Below, piece by piece: positions 1-11,500 of a stretch of DNA of 64,000 nt. This stretch comes from Candidatus Magasanikiibacteriota bacterium. Lineage in GTDB: Bacteria > Patescibacteriota > Patescibacteriia > Magasanikbacterales > GWA2-37-8. The notes below the pieces were generated by a model, which searched no databases, was not told the origin of the DNA, and saw nothing but the letters and a program-made list of their open reading frames with translations. The position numbers and the translations under genes were made by a program. Numbering within the stretch: the first letter of the stretch is position 1; the number at the start of each line of letters is the position of its first letter. Location: the NCBI GenBank assembly GCA_963802255.1, contig CAWDHY010000001.1, positions 299,842 to 363,841 on the forward strand, given 5' to 3'.

Positions 1-117
1 GAGGGCACTATCATCATTCGTGACATGGAATCAGGCATTCAGGAAATTGTAGATCAAAAAAAGGCGGAAAATATTGTAAAAAAGAAGCTTAAAAAATTTG
101 ACGATGGGGATAAATAG
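1..117 (+). CDS. hisS: 3' end of histidyl-tRNA synthetase (anticodon-binding domain), partial
   Basis: Frame 1 reads EGTIIIRDMESGIQEIVDQKKAENIVKKKLKKFDDGDK* (TAG 115-117), typical of the class IIa anticodon-binding C-terminus. Confidence 0.7.
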   Translation, partial: EGTIIIRDMESGIQEIVDQKKAENIVKKKLKKFDDGDK

Positions 118-173
118 CAGTATAATAATAATGTTTAAATTATTAATAATTCTTAGAAACGGAGGTGAATTTT

Positions 174-413
174 GTGTCAGAAATTAAACGAAAGAAAAAC
201 GAATCGTTTGAGGCCTTTATACGCCGCGTTAAAAAGCGTTGGCAACAGTCAGGTAAAATACTCCAGGTTAAAAAAATCCAATTTCACGAAAGCGAAAAAA
301 GTCGCACAATGCGTCGAAAAAGCGCGTTGCACAAATTGGGAGTAGCCACAAAAATGGAGTATCTGAAAAAGATCGGCCGTCTGCCAGAGGAAAACAAACA
401 TAGACGTCGATAA
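174..413 (+). CDS. rpsU: 30S ribosomal protein S21
   Basis: EIKRKKNESFEAFIRRVKKR..SGKILQVKK..FHE..KS; SD GGAGGTG at 161-167 favours the GTG at 174. Confidence 0.85.
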   Translation: MSEIKRKKNESFEAFIRRVKKRWQQSGKILQVKKIQFHESEKSRTMRRKSALHKLGVATKMEYLKKIGRLPEENKHRRR

Positions 414-427
414 ATTTTATTTCTTCA

Positions 428-2575
428 TTGCTTCCCATGCTTCAATGGATTAATAAACCTGGTAAAAATTTAAAAAAAGCCGCCACTATAGGAGGACTTA
501 TTTTAGTGGCGGTATTTTGTTTGTATTTTGCTTTTGGAAATATCGGCCAGGCGCAGGCCGGAGCGTTAAGTCAGGCAGATCCGAATGCCGAGTTGTTACA
601 GGGAGTAACCAGCATCGAGGAGCCGCTTGGATTGCCTTCCACAGATATTCGCCAGATTGTAGCCAATATAATCCGGATTGCGTTAGGCCTTGTCGGAATA
701 GTCCTTATTGTCATTATCATGTATGGAGGTTTCTTATGGATGACTGCCGGTGGCAACGAAGAACAAATTGGCAAAGCCAAGAAAATTTTGGTTAACGCGA
801 TAATTGGCTTAATAATTATTTTATCCGCTTACGCTATTGTTTTGTTTGTCATGAGGATGCTGGGTATTGGCGCTGGCGGAGGTGGAGCAGGAATACTTGC
901 CGCACCAAATACACAAAATTTTCGCGGTAGCGGTGCTTTAGGCAGGGTAATAAAAGATCATTATCCAAACCGCAACCAAACAGGAGTGCCGCGCAATACA
1001 AAAATCGTGGTCACGTTTTTCAAACCGATTCAAATCAGTAATCTAGCACAAGATACAAATAATTCCGGCATAATTGGAGATTGTATCACAGCATCGCCAT
1101 TCAATTGGGAAACGAGTTGCGATCAATTGATTTTGAGCAATGATTTAATAAATATTTCGGAAATAATTCCGGCAACTTCAACAACAGGCACGCCGACCTA
1201 CAAACCAATTCGCGGCGCCGCTTTTATGGCCGCTTCATCTACTGACGCGACAACCGGTATTTCCGGTATCTATACTTTCGTGATCAGACCATATGATTAT
1301 CTTGGTTCGGAAACTGAAGACGTCCCGTATATTGTACATTTAGGTAATGGCATCCAAAGGGACGATCCTGATCTGAACGTAAAAGGTATATTTGAAAGTA
1401 ATTCAGGCGTTAAATATTATGAGTGGACTTTTATCTGCGGAACAGAATTGGATTTATCTCCGCCACACGTGACTGATGTTTATCCGACAGGCGAAGAATA
1501 TAAAAATACAGTAATACAAATTAGTTTTAATGAAGCCATGGATCCGATCGGCGTTCAGGGTGATTTTGCGTTGTCCGGAACGGAAGGACAATACTTTTTG
1601 CAGAACGGATTTATTTACATGAAAAATAATAACAGCACTCTGCCGATAGGTTCATTTAATCTGGTAAATAATTACCAGACATTGGAGTTCACACCCAGAA
1701 CACAGTGCGGAGTAAACGCATGCGGTGGTCCGATATATTGCATGCCGGTGTGCGATAAGGCGGGGGCGACATGTGAAACGGATAATTACGAATTATTACT
1801 GCGCGCGGCAGCAACTCTTACCACCAGTACTTTTGAATCTCAACCGTTTACCGGTGTGGCGGATATTTGCGGTAATGCATTAGACGGCAATAATGACGGT
1901 GTAGTAGATACTGCCCCGTTAACCGAACCGGTATTTAATAACCAAAAATTTGCTGACAACTATTGGTGGGGATTTAGTTTGATCGATGAAATGGATCTGA
2001 TCCCGCCGATTATTTCTCAAACTGTTCCCGGTCCGGAAGCTCCGGAAATTGTCGGAGAAGATGAATGGAGTATGTGGTTTAATGAACGAATGCGCATCGA
2101 TCCGATGTACACAATTGATATTGGTGAATCGCCGACTCCGGCTGAGCGTTGCGCTTGTTTCACTCAAAATCCTGATACAGGAGTTTGCATCGCTCTTCCT
2201 TCCAATCAGTGTATTTTAGATTTGCTTTGGAAAGTGCCATTCGTCAGTTTTACAACAAACACACCTATTACTAAAACAAATATGCGCCATGGGCCTTTCT
2301 TAGACGGACGCTTGCAATATTACATGCCATTGATCTCTTCAGCTGTTGAAGACGCACATTTTAATTGCCTGTTTCCCGGTCAGGGTCCTATAGAAGGTGC
2401 TTATATCACCGATAAATTGTCTTCATATTGCGGTACTGGTAGCACGGCATCGTGTTGTATCAAAAATGGCAGCAAAACATTTTGCTGTAATGCCAGCGAC
2501 ATGGTGAATAATGATAATAACAACGAAGTAACGGTTAACGCTTGTAAAAATAGCTTAGAATTTCCAGCAGATTAG
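428..2575 (+). CDS. Surface protein: TrbC/VirB2-like (T4SS-type) pilin domain plus Ig-like domains, Cys-rich C-terminus
   Basis: Signal/TM segment, pilin hairpin LGL..TDIR..IIRIALG..YGGFLWMTAGGNEE..KAKKIL.NAIIGLIII, then Big_5-like repeats (YP..N..GVPRNTKIV.TF; P.VTDVYP..NTVIQISFNEAMD). Confidence 0.8.
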   Translation: MLPMLQWINKPGKNLKKAATIGGLILVAVFCLYFAFGNIGQAQAGALSQADPNAELLQGVTSIEEPLGLPSTDIRQIVANIIRIALGLVGIVLIVIIMYGGFLWMTAGGNEEQIGKAKKILVNAIIGLIIILSAYAIVLFVMRMLGIGAGGGGAGILAAPNTQNFRGSGALGRVIKDHYPNRNQTGVPRNTKIVVTFFKPIQISNLAQDTNNSGIIGDCITASPFNWETSCDQLILSNDLINISEIIPATSTTGTPTYKPIRGAAFMAASSTDATTGISGIYTFVIRPYDYLGSETEDVPYIVHLGNGIQRDDPDLNVKGIFESNSGVKYYEWTFICGTELDLSPPHVTDVYPTGEEYKNTVIQISFNEAMDPIGVQGDFALSGTEGQYFLQNGFIYMKNNNSTLPIGSFNLVNNYQTLEFTPRTQCGVNACGGPIYCMPVCDKAGATCETDNYELLLRAAATLTTSTFESQPFTGVADICGNALDGNNDGVVDTAPLTEPVFNNQKFADNYWWGFSLIDEMDLIPPIISQTVPGPEAPEIVGEDEWSMWFNERMRIDPMYTIDIGESPTPAERCACFTQNPDTGVCIALPSNQCILDLLWKVPFVSFTTNTPITKTNMRHGPFLDGRLQYYMPLISSAVEDAHFNCLFPGQGPIEGAYITDKLSSYCGTGSTASCCIKNGSKTFCCNASDMVNNDNNNEVTVNACKNSLEFPAD

Positions 2576-2585
2576 TTAATAAAAC

Positions 2586-5500
2586 ATGATGCAAAAATTG
2601 AACTGGAAAAAATTATTACTGGTCACATTATTTTTAGCCGGTATCGGCGTGTTTTTGCTTGCCGCTGTTTCACTCGCACAGACAAATGTGCCTGATTTGG
2701 GACTGGAGCCTGTTGGTCAAGAATTGGGTTTGCCGGACACTGATATAAGAGTAATTGCCGCCCGCATTATTCGCGTGGCGCTTGGATTTTTGGGTATCAT
2801 AGCGTTAGTTTTGATTTTGTATGCCGGTTTTGTCTGGATGACTGCCGGGGGCAATGAAGAAAATATCCAAAAAGCGAAAAGGATTTTAATGAACGCAGTG
2901 ATTGGTTTGATTATTATTTTGTCCGCTTATGCCATTGTTAGTTTTGTATTGAGTTCTTTGCTTAGTGCGACTACTGGCGGTGATGGCGGCGGCGGAGGCG
3001 GTGGCGGCGGCGGCGGAGGATTTTCTAAAGTTTTTTATATTACCTCCATGCCAGGCAATGACTTCGGTTGTGGCGCGCGTAATTTGCACCCTGTAATCAG
3101 GTTTAATAAACCCGTCGATCTCACCACAATTGAAAACAATTTAGTATTAAGAAAAAAAATTGATGCGTCGCCGGCAAATGGAGAGTGGGTTTTTCAAGTT
3201 GTTAATAGTGTACCGATTACCAGCGCGGTAGTATTTAATCCGGTGGGTGATTGTGGTATTGAAGGTCACAATGATTGTCTTGATGCTAATTCTACGTATC
3301 AAATATTTTTTGCCAATGCAACAAATATCAAGAGCCAGTCTCCGGATATTTTGAACTTAAACTGCAATGTAGGCGATTACAAAAATCAATGCAAAAATGA
3401 TCCGTCAGTCGAGTTTGCCACCGGTGATGGTGTTGATGTGGAAAATCCGACAATCACAATTATTAATCCTTTTGACGGCCAGAGTTTCGGTCAGGGTCAA
3501 AGCGTATCAGTAGAGGTGATTTTTACCGACAACTTTGGATTACAGGATTTGGCATTATTCATTAACAGCAGCAGTGTTCCTGTTGATACAGCGTCAATAA
3601 CAGGATGCCAAAAATCAGGAACTTCAACATTGGTTTGGCCTACTGGGTCGTCTCCGACCGGCACATATGCACTCACTGCTTTAGCAACGGATTTTGCGGC
3701 AAATTACTCAACAGATATCCGTAATATAAGTTTAGTACCACTCCATTGTTTTGATAGTTTATTAAATTTTGGAGAAACAATAGCCGGACCGCCGGCTTGC
3801 GGAGATGGTTGTGGAAATTGTTCAGGAGAACCATGTACACAAAACAGCGATTGCGCCAGCGGCTGGTGTGAAGATGGAATTTGTATTGATAAAATCCGGA
3901 TAAATTTATTTGACCCGCTAGATGGCGCGGCGAGTTCTACCTATGTGACGATATCAGGTCAATTTTTTGGCGATGATGGTGGGCACGTATATTTTACAAA
4001 ACAAGGCGGAGGATGGACTGAAGCGTTTATTGTCAGTTGTGGAGCCGGTATTGATAATTGGACTCCGTATCAATTGGTTGTAAAAGTTCCGCCGAATGCG
4101 GACGATGGGCCGATTAAGGTTGCGCATGCCAGCGCGCCTTCAGACGGTTCTGACGATATCACCAGAAGATATACTGATATCACCGATGACACTTCTTGGG
4201 GTTATTATAAAAATTTCAACGTTAACGATGTAATCAAACCGGGTCTTTGTGCCCTCATCCCAAGTTATGGTCCTCCGTATAGCTCCACAACATTAATTGG
4301 TGAGAATTTTGGCGCCACCAACAATTCGGCGCAAGACAAAGTAATGTTCAGTTCTTCCACGGCGTTGATTCGCGATTGGGCCAGCCGAACTGTCACAGCG
4401 CGAGTGCCGGCGCTTGGCACCGGTCCGGTGGCGGTAAAAATACTTAATGAAGGAGAAGAGAGTAACGCCGTGCGATTTGATGTTAGAGAATCACTTGATA
4501 ATGATACACCGGTGATTGAAAGTATTAATCCTGAAGACGGAGCGAAGGGCGAATATATTACTATTACCGGCAAGAATTTTGGAAATAATGTCGGTAAAGT
4601 ATTGTTTAAATTTGAAGGCGAGGGTGAAGCAAAATATGGAAGTTTTGATTTTCCGGCTGATTGTGAGGGTTCTACATGGTCAAACAATCAAATCATAGTT
4701 AAGTTTCCCGAAGACGAACCTGTGGTCGTTGACCATGATTATTCCGTTCAGATTCAACGTTCCAGCGACGCGAAAATTGGGCCGATTGGCGCGTACTTTC
4801 AACTTCACAGCGGAAATCCTGCTCCGGGTATCTGTAAATTGAGTCCGAGTTCCGGTCCGGTGCCGTTTAACCCGAGCAGCTCAATGAAGATTTACGGTGA
4901 ATATTATCAGCGCGGCGGTTCAACATCAACGCCGTATTTTTGGCAATTGGAAGCATCAACTACAACGATAGAAGATCGCGTTGAAGCCACTGATATTATT
5001 CAGGAATCTGATCAGCAGGCAGAGCTAAGGCCCCCGGAAGATTCTCAAACCGGTCCGGTAGTAATGCACCGCGCTTCTGAAAATAAAACAGGCAACAGTC
5101 TGCCGTTTACCGTCTACAATTGTGTTGAAAATAATAATATATGCTATTCACCCGGCACCCGTTGCTGTACCTCCGGAGCTGATGCGGGTGCATGCAAATT
5201 AGAATTTGATTTATGCGCCGGGCAAACGAGATCTACGGGTTATATGTGGCGGTTTAGTACCGGCCCATTTCCTCCGGTACCGAAAGTGATGGAACGCTGT
5301 GACGCGGGAACAGACGCCGGAGAAAATTTACCATCCCCATCGCCGGATATTCGTTGGACCGGGCTTGGCAATTTTGATCATTTTAATGCCTGCAGGACAT
5401 CGCTCGTAAATATTGAATTTACCATGAAAATGGATCCGGCGACTATCAATGCTACAAATGTGCAAATATTTAAATGCGTCAGCTCCAGCGTTACCACGAC

Positions 5501-8500
5501 TTTTGCTAATGACATTAACACTTGTACGCATGACGGTGCCGCTCTTATTATGGCGGATGGAAGTTATGAATTGGATACGGGTTCCGGAGGAGAATTTGGC
5601 GACACAAGTTTTATGCAGATGATACCATCAGCATTGCGTTGGGCTGACAACACATGGTATCAAGTCGTCTTAAAAAAGGGCGTTAAATCTCTGCCGAGCC
5701 AGTATGAATACAAAGGTGAGATTAAGACATTACCTGCTCAAAATTTAACCACTAATAATCCTTGTGGTACAGATACTGCGTATTGTTTTATTTTCAAGAC
5801 TGATACGCGTGATTGTAAATTAAATAAAGTGGTTGTTACTCCTTACACATACTGGACTTCCATTTTAGAGTCGCCAATTAAGTACAGAACTATAAAAAGT
5901 AATGCCGACGATTTAGGTTCAACATTATATTACAAGGGTAATGGTTTAAGCGACCAGCATTGTATCATGATGGATATGAGGAGTTTTAATTGGAGTTGGG
6001 ATACACAGCGCCCTCCATATTCAATGATTTATGGCACGAGCACTTTACAAAAATCGCAGGCCACGGCATTAGCAAATACTGTAGCGGTTGGGCTTGCAGA
6101 TCCGGAAAACGCAGTGATGATAAGAGCGACTGCAAGTAGGGGAGGTATTGGAAGTAGCGTGGAGCCACCATTGGTTGATCCGACCCTTTTTCCAATGGCA
6201 GGTTGGTGGAATTTTGATGAAGGTGGTACAGAAATAACTGATATTAGTGGAAATGGACATAACGGAGTAATTCAAGGTCCGGCAACATTTGTGCCGGGAA
6301 AAATTGGTTCCGCAATATATTTAAATGGTTCCGGTAATTATGTTCCGTTGGAGAGCCCATTGTCTTTACCGGGCGGGCTATCATCCCGCACAATGTGCGC
6401 TTGGGGAAAACCGGATGATATTTCCGGCGGATGGCGCTGGATGATGGCGTATGGCAGGGGAGCGTCCGGACAAGCAATGTTTATCGGAATGAACGGTACT
6501 AGTCTTGACGGCGGTGCGTATGGCGGCGGATATGACATCATTGTTAATGATTTTTGGTCGGCCGGTGTTTGGCGGCACATATGTTTAACCTATAATGGCA
6601 GTGTTGCAAGATTATACGCTGATGGGTCTGAAATTGGCCACTTAAATGTTGGTTGGAATTTACAATTACAAAAAGCATATATCGGCGCCCAAGTACATTC
6701 GAGTGCCAATGAGTTTTGGAAAGGCGCGATTGATGATTTAAGAATTTTTGACTACGCGTTGTCCCAGGAAGAAATCGTTGCTCTATATGAATATGGAAAT
6801 AGCGGTGGGATTTTGGGCGGAGGGGGCAGTGTCGAATATGAAGAAAAAATGGGACAGAGTCCTCTCACAATTGATTTATCTCGTCCGAAAGTTGTGGATT
6901 ACTGGCCGAAATGTTTAGAGGCTTGCACCAATGCTGAAATTGGAGCCAAATTTAATGTGATAATGGCCAACGCAAATATAGAAAATGCGGTAAAACTTGT
7001 CCGTTGTTTGGATGAAAATTGCGCGTCAACTGTTCCGGTTGGGGAGATAAGCAAAATTATTGATTCTGCCGACCGTCGTTATATTAAATTAAATTTTGGC
7101 ATATTGGGTGGAGAACTGGCGACTGATACTGTTTACGCCGTAACTTTATCAACCACCGGTACAAGTACGGCAATATCAAATTATCAACTTTGGTCGGGAG
7201 CAAGCGCAACGGATGAATACGCTAAGGCAAAACCAATGCAAGAGGAATTTATCTGGCGTTTTAAAACAAAAAAAGAAAAGTGTGTTTTAGACAAGGTCAA
7301 TATTATCCCGGCTCTCTTCCAGGCGGTTTTCATTAACGACAGACATGTATATTCTTCTGAAGCTCGTTCCGCCCCGGACGCATGTGATCCAAAGGGACAG
7401 AAGCTGGATACATGGACAATTGATTGGGACTGGTCTTCTTCTGCTTCGGATGTTGCCACGGTTCAAGAATTTAAAACAAAAGGAAGAAGTCCTGTGTGTA
7501 ATAATAACTGTGTAAGAAAAGGAAGTGATATAACTTCTGACGCTTTGACGTTTGAACCGCTGTGCGGGAATGCAAGCGTGGAGGCAGGTGAAGATTGCGA
7601 CCCGCCATTTATCAGCGTTGTCGGAAGTGTCACTACCACTGCTTGTACATTAAATTGTTTACGACCGGGCAATGAGTTTACGGCGACTTGTGGTAATGGC
7701 ACAGTAGAACCTCTTCTCGGTGAAGAATGTGATCCGGCTGACGATGCTACAAAAGTCGGTTGTTCAAAAAATTGTTTGCATATCGGTTCAGTGGCGGCTA
7801 CCGGGGCTGAAGATGTAACAGCCTCAATTTGCGGTAATGGGAAAATTGGTATGGGTGAAGAGTGTGATTTAGGCATGGCGGTTGATTATACAAAATCAAC
7901 GTCTTCATTATATTGCTCTCCGTATTGCTTGCATCTTGGAACAAGTTTATCTTCCGGATGGTGCGCGAATAATACCAGCACTCTATTTGGCCAGGTTGAA
8001 TATTTATCCGCTTGCGCAAAATCAAAAAGCCAATGCGGAGATGGTATACGCGACCCGTCTGAAGACCCGGGCTGTGATTGCGGAGAGGGAAATGTGCCAA
8101 ATTCAAGCCACATGTGCGTTTGTAACGGTGTAATGATATCGGCTAACGACCTTGACCAATGTCTAAAAGTAAATCCCGCCTGCTCTGCAAAATGTCTCGG
8201 CAATTCTCGTTTGCTGGCTGAATGCAATCCGTTGTCTACTACTACTGTTGGTGGCATTACAGTTGTTCGCGCCACCGAAGGATGTGGTGACAATTCTCAA
8301 TATCAAGGGTCATCTTTAATGTATTCCGTACCATCCCTTTGCGGTGATGGTATTGTCGGAATTGGCGAGGAAAATGATTGTGAGTCAGGATTTTTATTTA
8401 CTCACTCGCTGACTGACCCATGGACACTCGCTACCGGCGTCGGCCTAGGCGCGGTGGTGACTTCGTCAAGCGGTATTCCTTCACAGGTAACCAATATTCA

Positions 8501-11500
8501 AGGAACCGGTTCGTCAACTGTTAACAGTAAAAATTATCAAAAATCCGGAACCGGGAAATTTGAAATTATTTGCGGGTACAGCACGGATATTGAATGCCAA
8601 GATTTACTCGGCGACGAATACGGTTTAGCGAGCAATTCTTGCTGTATGCCGCGGCCGTGGCTTATCAGTACGTATCCGGATAAAAATGATATAAATCCGC
8701 CGTATGATATTTGTCCCAACACATATATTGAAGCTAAATTTAATCATCTTATAGATGAAAACACACTGATAAATCAAATATATGTTGCTCGAGGCTACAC
8801 AACTCCTTCTTGTCCAACCGGCACAGTTGATGTAACACCGTTTGTGTCTGATTATGAAATTTTGGTCATTGATAAAGGGCCTTGGTACAAGCGTTTATGG
8901 CACGGCATTGTTAATTGGTTTGCCAGAATTTTCGGCGACGAAACATCTGCCGCGCCGATTGAAATTACCGCCACAAAATATTGTTCCGAAGGAGTTCTTC
9001 CGCCGGCAAAAGTTGCAGTTGAGGGATCAATGTCCGGCGCTAATACCACTTCCAGCGTAATGATACGCTTAAACACTCCGCTTGCCACTAGCACTGATTA
9101 TGTGGTTATTTTCCGGCCTGGTGTTAAAGACGTGCGAGGGGTAAGTGTTGCCACTTCAACACAATGGAAATTTATTACCGGTCCGAAAATATGTGAGTTA
9201 AATCGGGTGGCAATTAACCCGGACAATTATATGTTTAACCGATCCGGCAGTTCAAGCAGTTTTGTTGCCAGTTCAAGCGCTATAAACGGGCAGTCAATTC
9301 AGCCGGTAGAAGGATACAGATGGGAATATGAATGGAGCCCGATGCAAAGCGATGTGGTATCGTTAACCAACACCACGGACACAATAAATATAGTGACCGC
9401 AAAAAATAGAAACGGTGAGCTGGATCTTCTGGCAACAGCGAAATTTACGGAAAATTGGTTTTTCTTTGATTCGCCGTCGTTATCCGGTAAATCACGTATA
9501 GTTGTATTTCTGTGCGAAAATCCATGGCCGTCTTCTTCAACCATAGATTTTCCGTTTAAAGAAATTGAATACGATTTCACCACATATTATTGTATGGACA
9601 AAGGCAGTCCGGGATTTGCTGATGACATGCCTTACGTAACTTCTTCACGTGTGTGGATACAGGAAACGAATCCTTTTAAAAAGCGATATTTATTTACGAA
9701 TTCCGATAATAAAGATGCCATTGGCATGCAGGTGTTTTATAATCCGGAACATTTGTCTGTTAGCGAGTGGTATACCGCTCAGGGTTTTCGCGGGAATATG
9801 AATTCACTAAAAATAGACGGCTATGACGCGATAAGCGATGGAAATAATTATTATGTTGATGCTTTAAGCTTTTCCAATGCCAATAATATCTATTCAAATA
9901 TTTATCAATTCAGTATTAACAATGACGCCACTAATGATGGTAAGGAGATATTTAAACAGATGATGGAGAACATTAAATTTAACAGCGGATTAATTAATGA
10001 TAAATATTGCGCTGTCGGTTATGGTCCAATGGATACCGTTCGCTATGATATGGCCTGTGAAAGCGATTTGGATTGCCTCGCTAACATGGAAGCGTTTAAA
10101 AAAGTTTATCCAACTTCAACTTTAAGTGCTTATAATTGTTTAAATCAAAAAGATAAGTTGCAAAGAAATTATCAGCGGTTGAAAGATATGAGACAGGCGG
10201 TTTCAATAATAAATTATGGCAGAGGAGCGATTGCTGTTTTGCCGATGGATAGTGTGAATTATGGAAAAACGCCGGATATCACAAAAAAGGGAAATGACCT
10301 GACGATCACCGATTCAAACGGAATATCACTGGTCGGTGGCGCTTTAAAACTATCCGGCTCCGGCCGTTTAGAAACAGAGGCGTCTATAGGATTAATGGTC
10401 GGCTCAAAATCATTTACCGTGACCGGTAAAATAAATACAGTATTGGATGAAGCTACTCGTTTAATGCGAATTACTAATAGTACCGGCGATGGTATGAGTT
10501 TGGAACTATCTAATGAAGGGAAAATGACTGTGTGTAATGGTCCAGAAGTCGGTACTATGTGTATATCGCCGGCTAGCTGTTCAACCATGCCGTCATTAAA
10601 CGATGGATCTTGGCATAATTTTGCATTAGATTTTACTCAGTCATCACCTGATAAAATAAGGGTTTATATTGATGGAGAATTGGCCTGCAGCAGCACCGGA
10701 TCATTCCCCAGCATGCCATCATCAGCTAAATTAGTAATTGGTGGCTATTCTAGTGACAATATATTTGATGGTTCTATTGATGATCTACGAATTTATACAC
10801 GTGATTTGTCCGAAGACGAAATATCCGCCTTATACGCAAATAATTTACCATATAAAGGCAGTTATCCGACAATAAACGAAAATACATATCTTAATGGGCA
10901 GGCAATTAGCGTCTGGGATAATTCTTGGACACAGCTTGGGACGGAAGCGGGTATGTCATTACCGATTGATCCGATAAACAGGCTGGTGCAAAGCGGCACC
11001 TGTTTCCAAAAGACCGGTATTTCTTACAGTGCGTGTTACAAAGATTCAGATTGCGCCGTTATACCGCAACTTAGTAATAGACAAAGTTATTGGTCGGCTG
11101 ATTATGAAACGACCGATGAAGGTGTTTTGAAAAATAATGCTGCCATTGAGGGTTCTGTAGATTATGGCGATGGCAAAGGGCACGGCAAGGCCTTTGAATT
11201 TTCCGGTGATTCAACAGCAAAAGTCATGGCAGCGCATAATAATGCATATAATAGCAGTCAATTCACTGTTTCCGCCTGGATTTATCCGACAAAAAAGAAT
11301 ACGGCCACAATTATTAAACATGGAGGTACGGATGGTAATGGCATTAGCCAGGGTGGTTTTGCTCTTGAATATAGCGGTTTTTGGACCGGTGTCGTCGGCT
11401 CAAGCGTTGTCACCAGATTTAATAATGGAACAGTCAGGTTTGCTTTTTTCACCACATCAACATCAGAGACTAAATATTATTCTTTGGATTCAAACGGCAC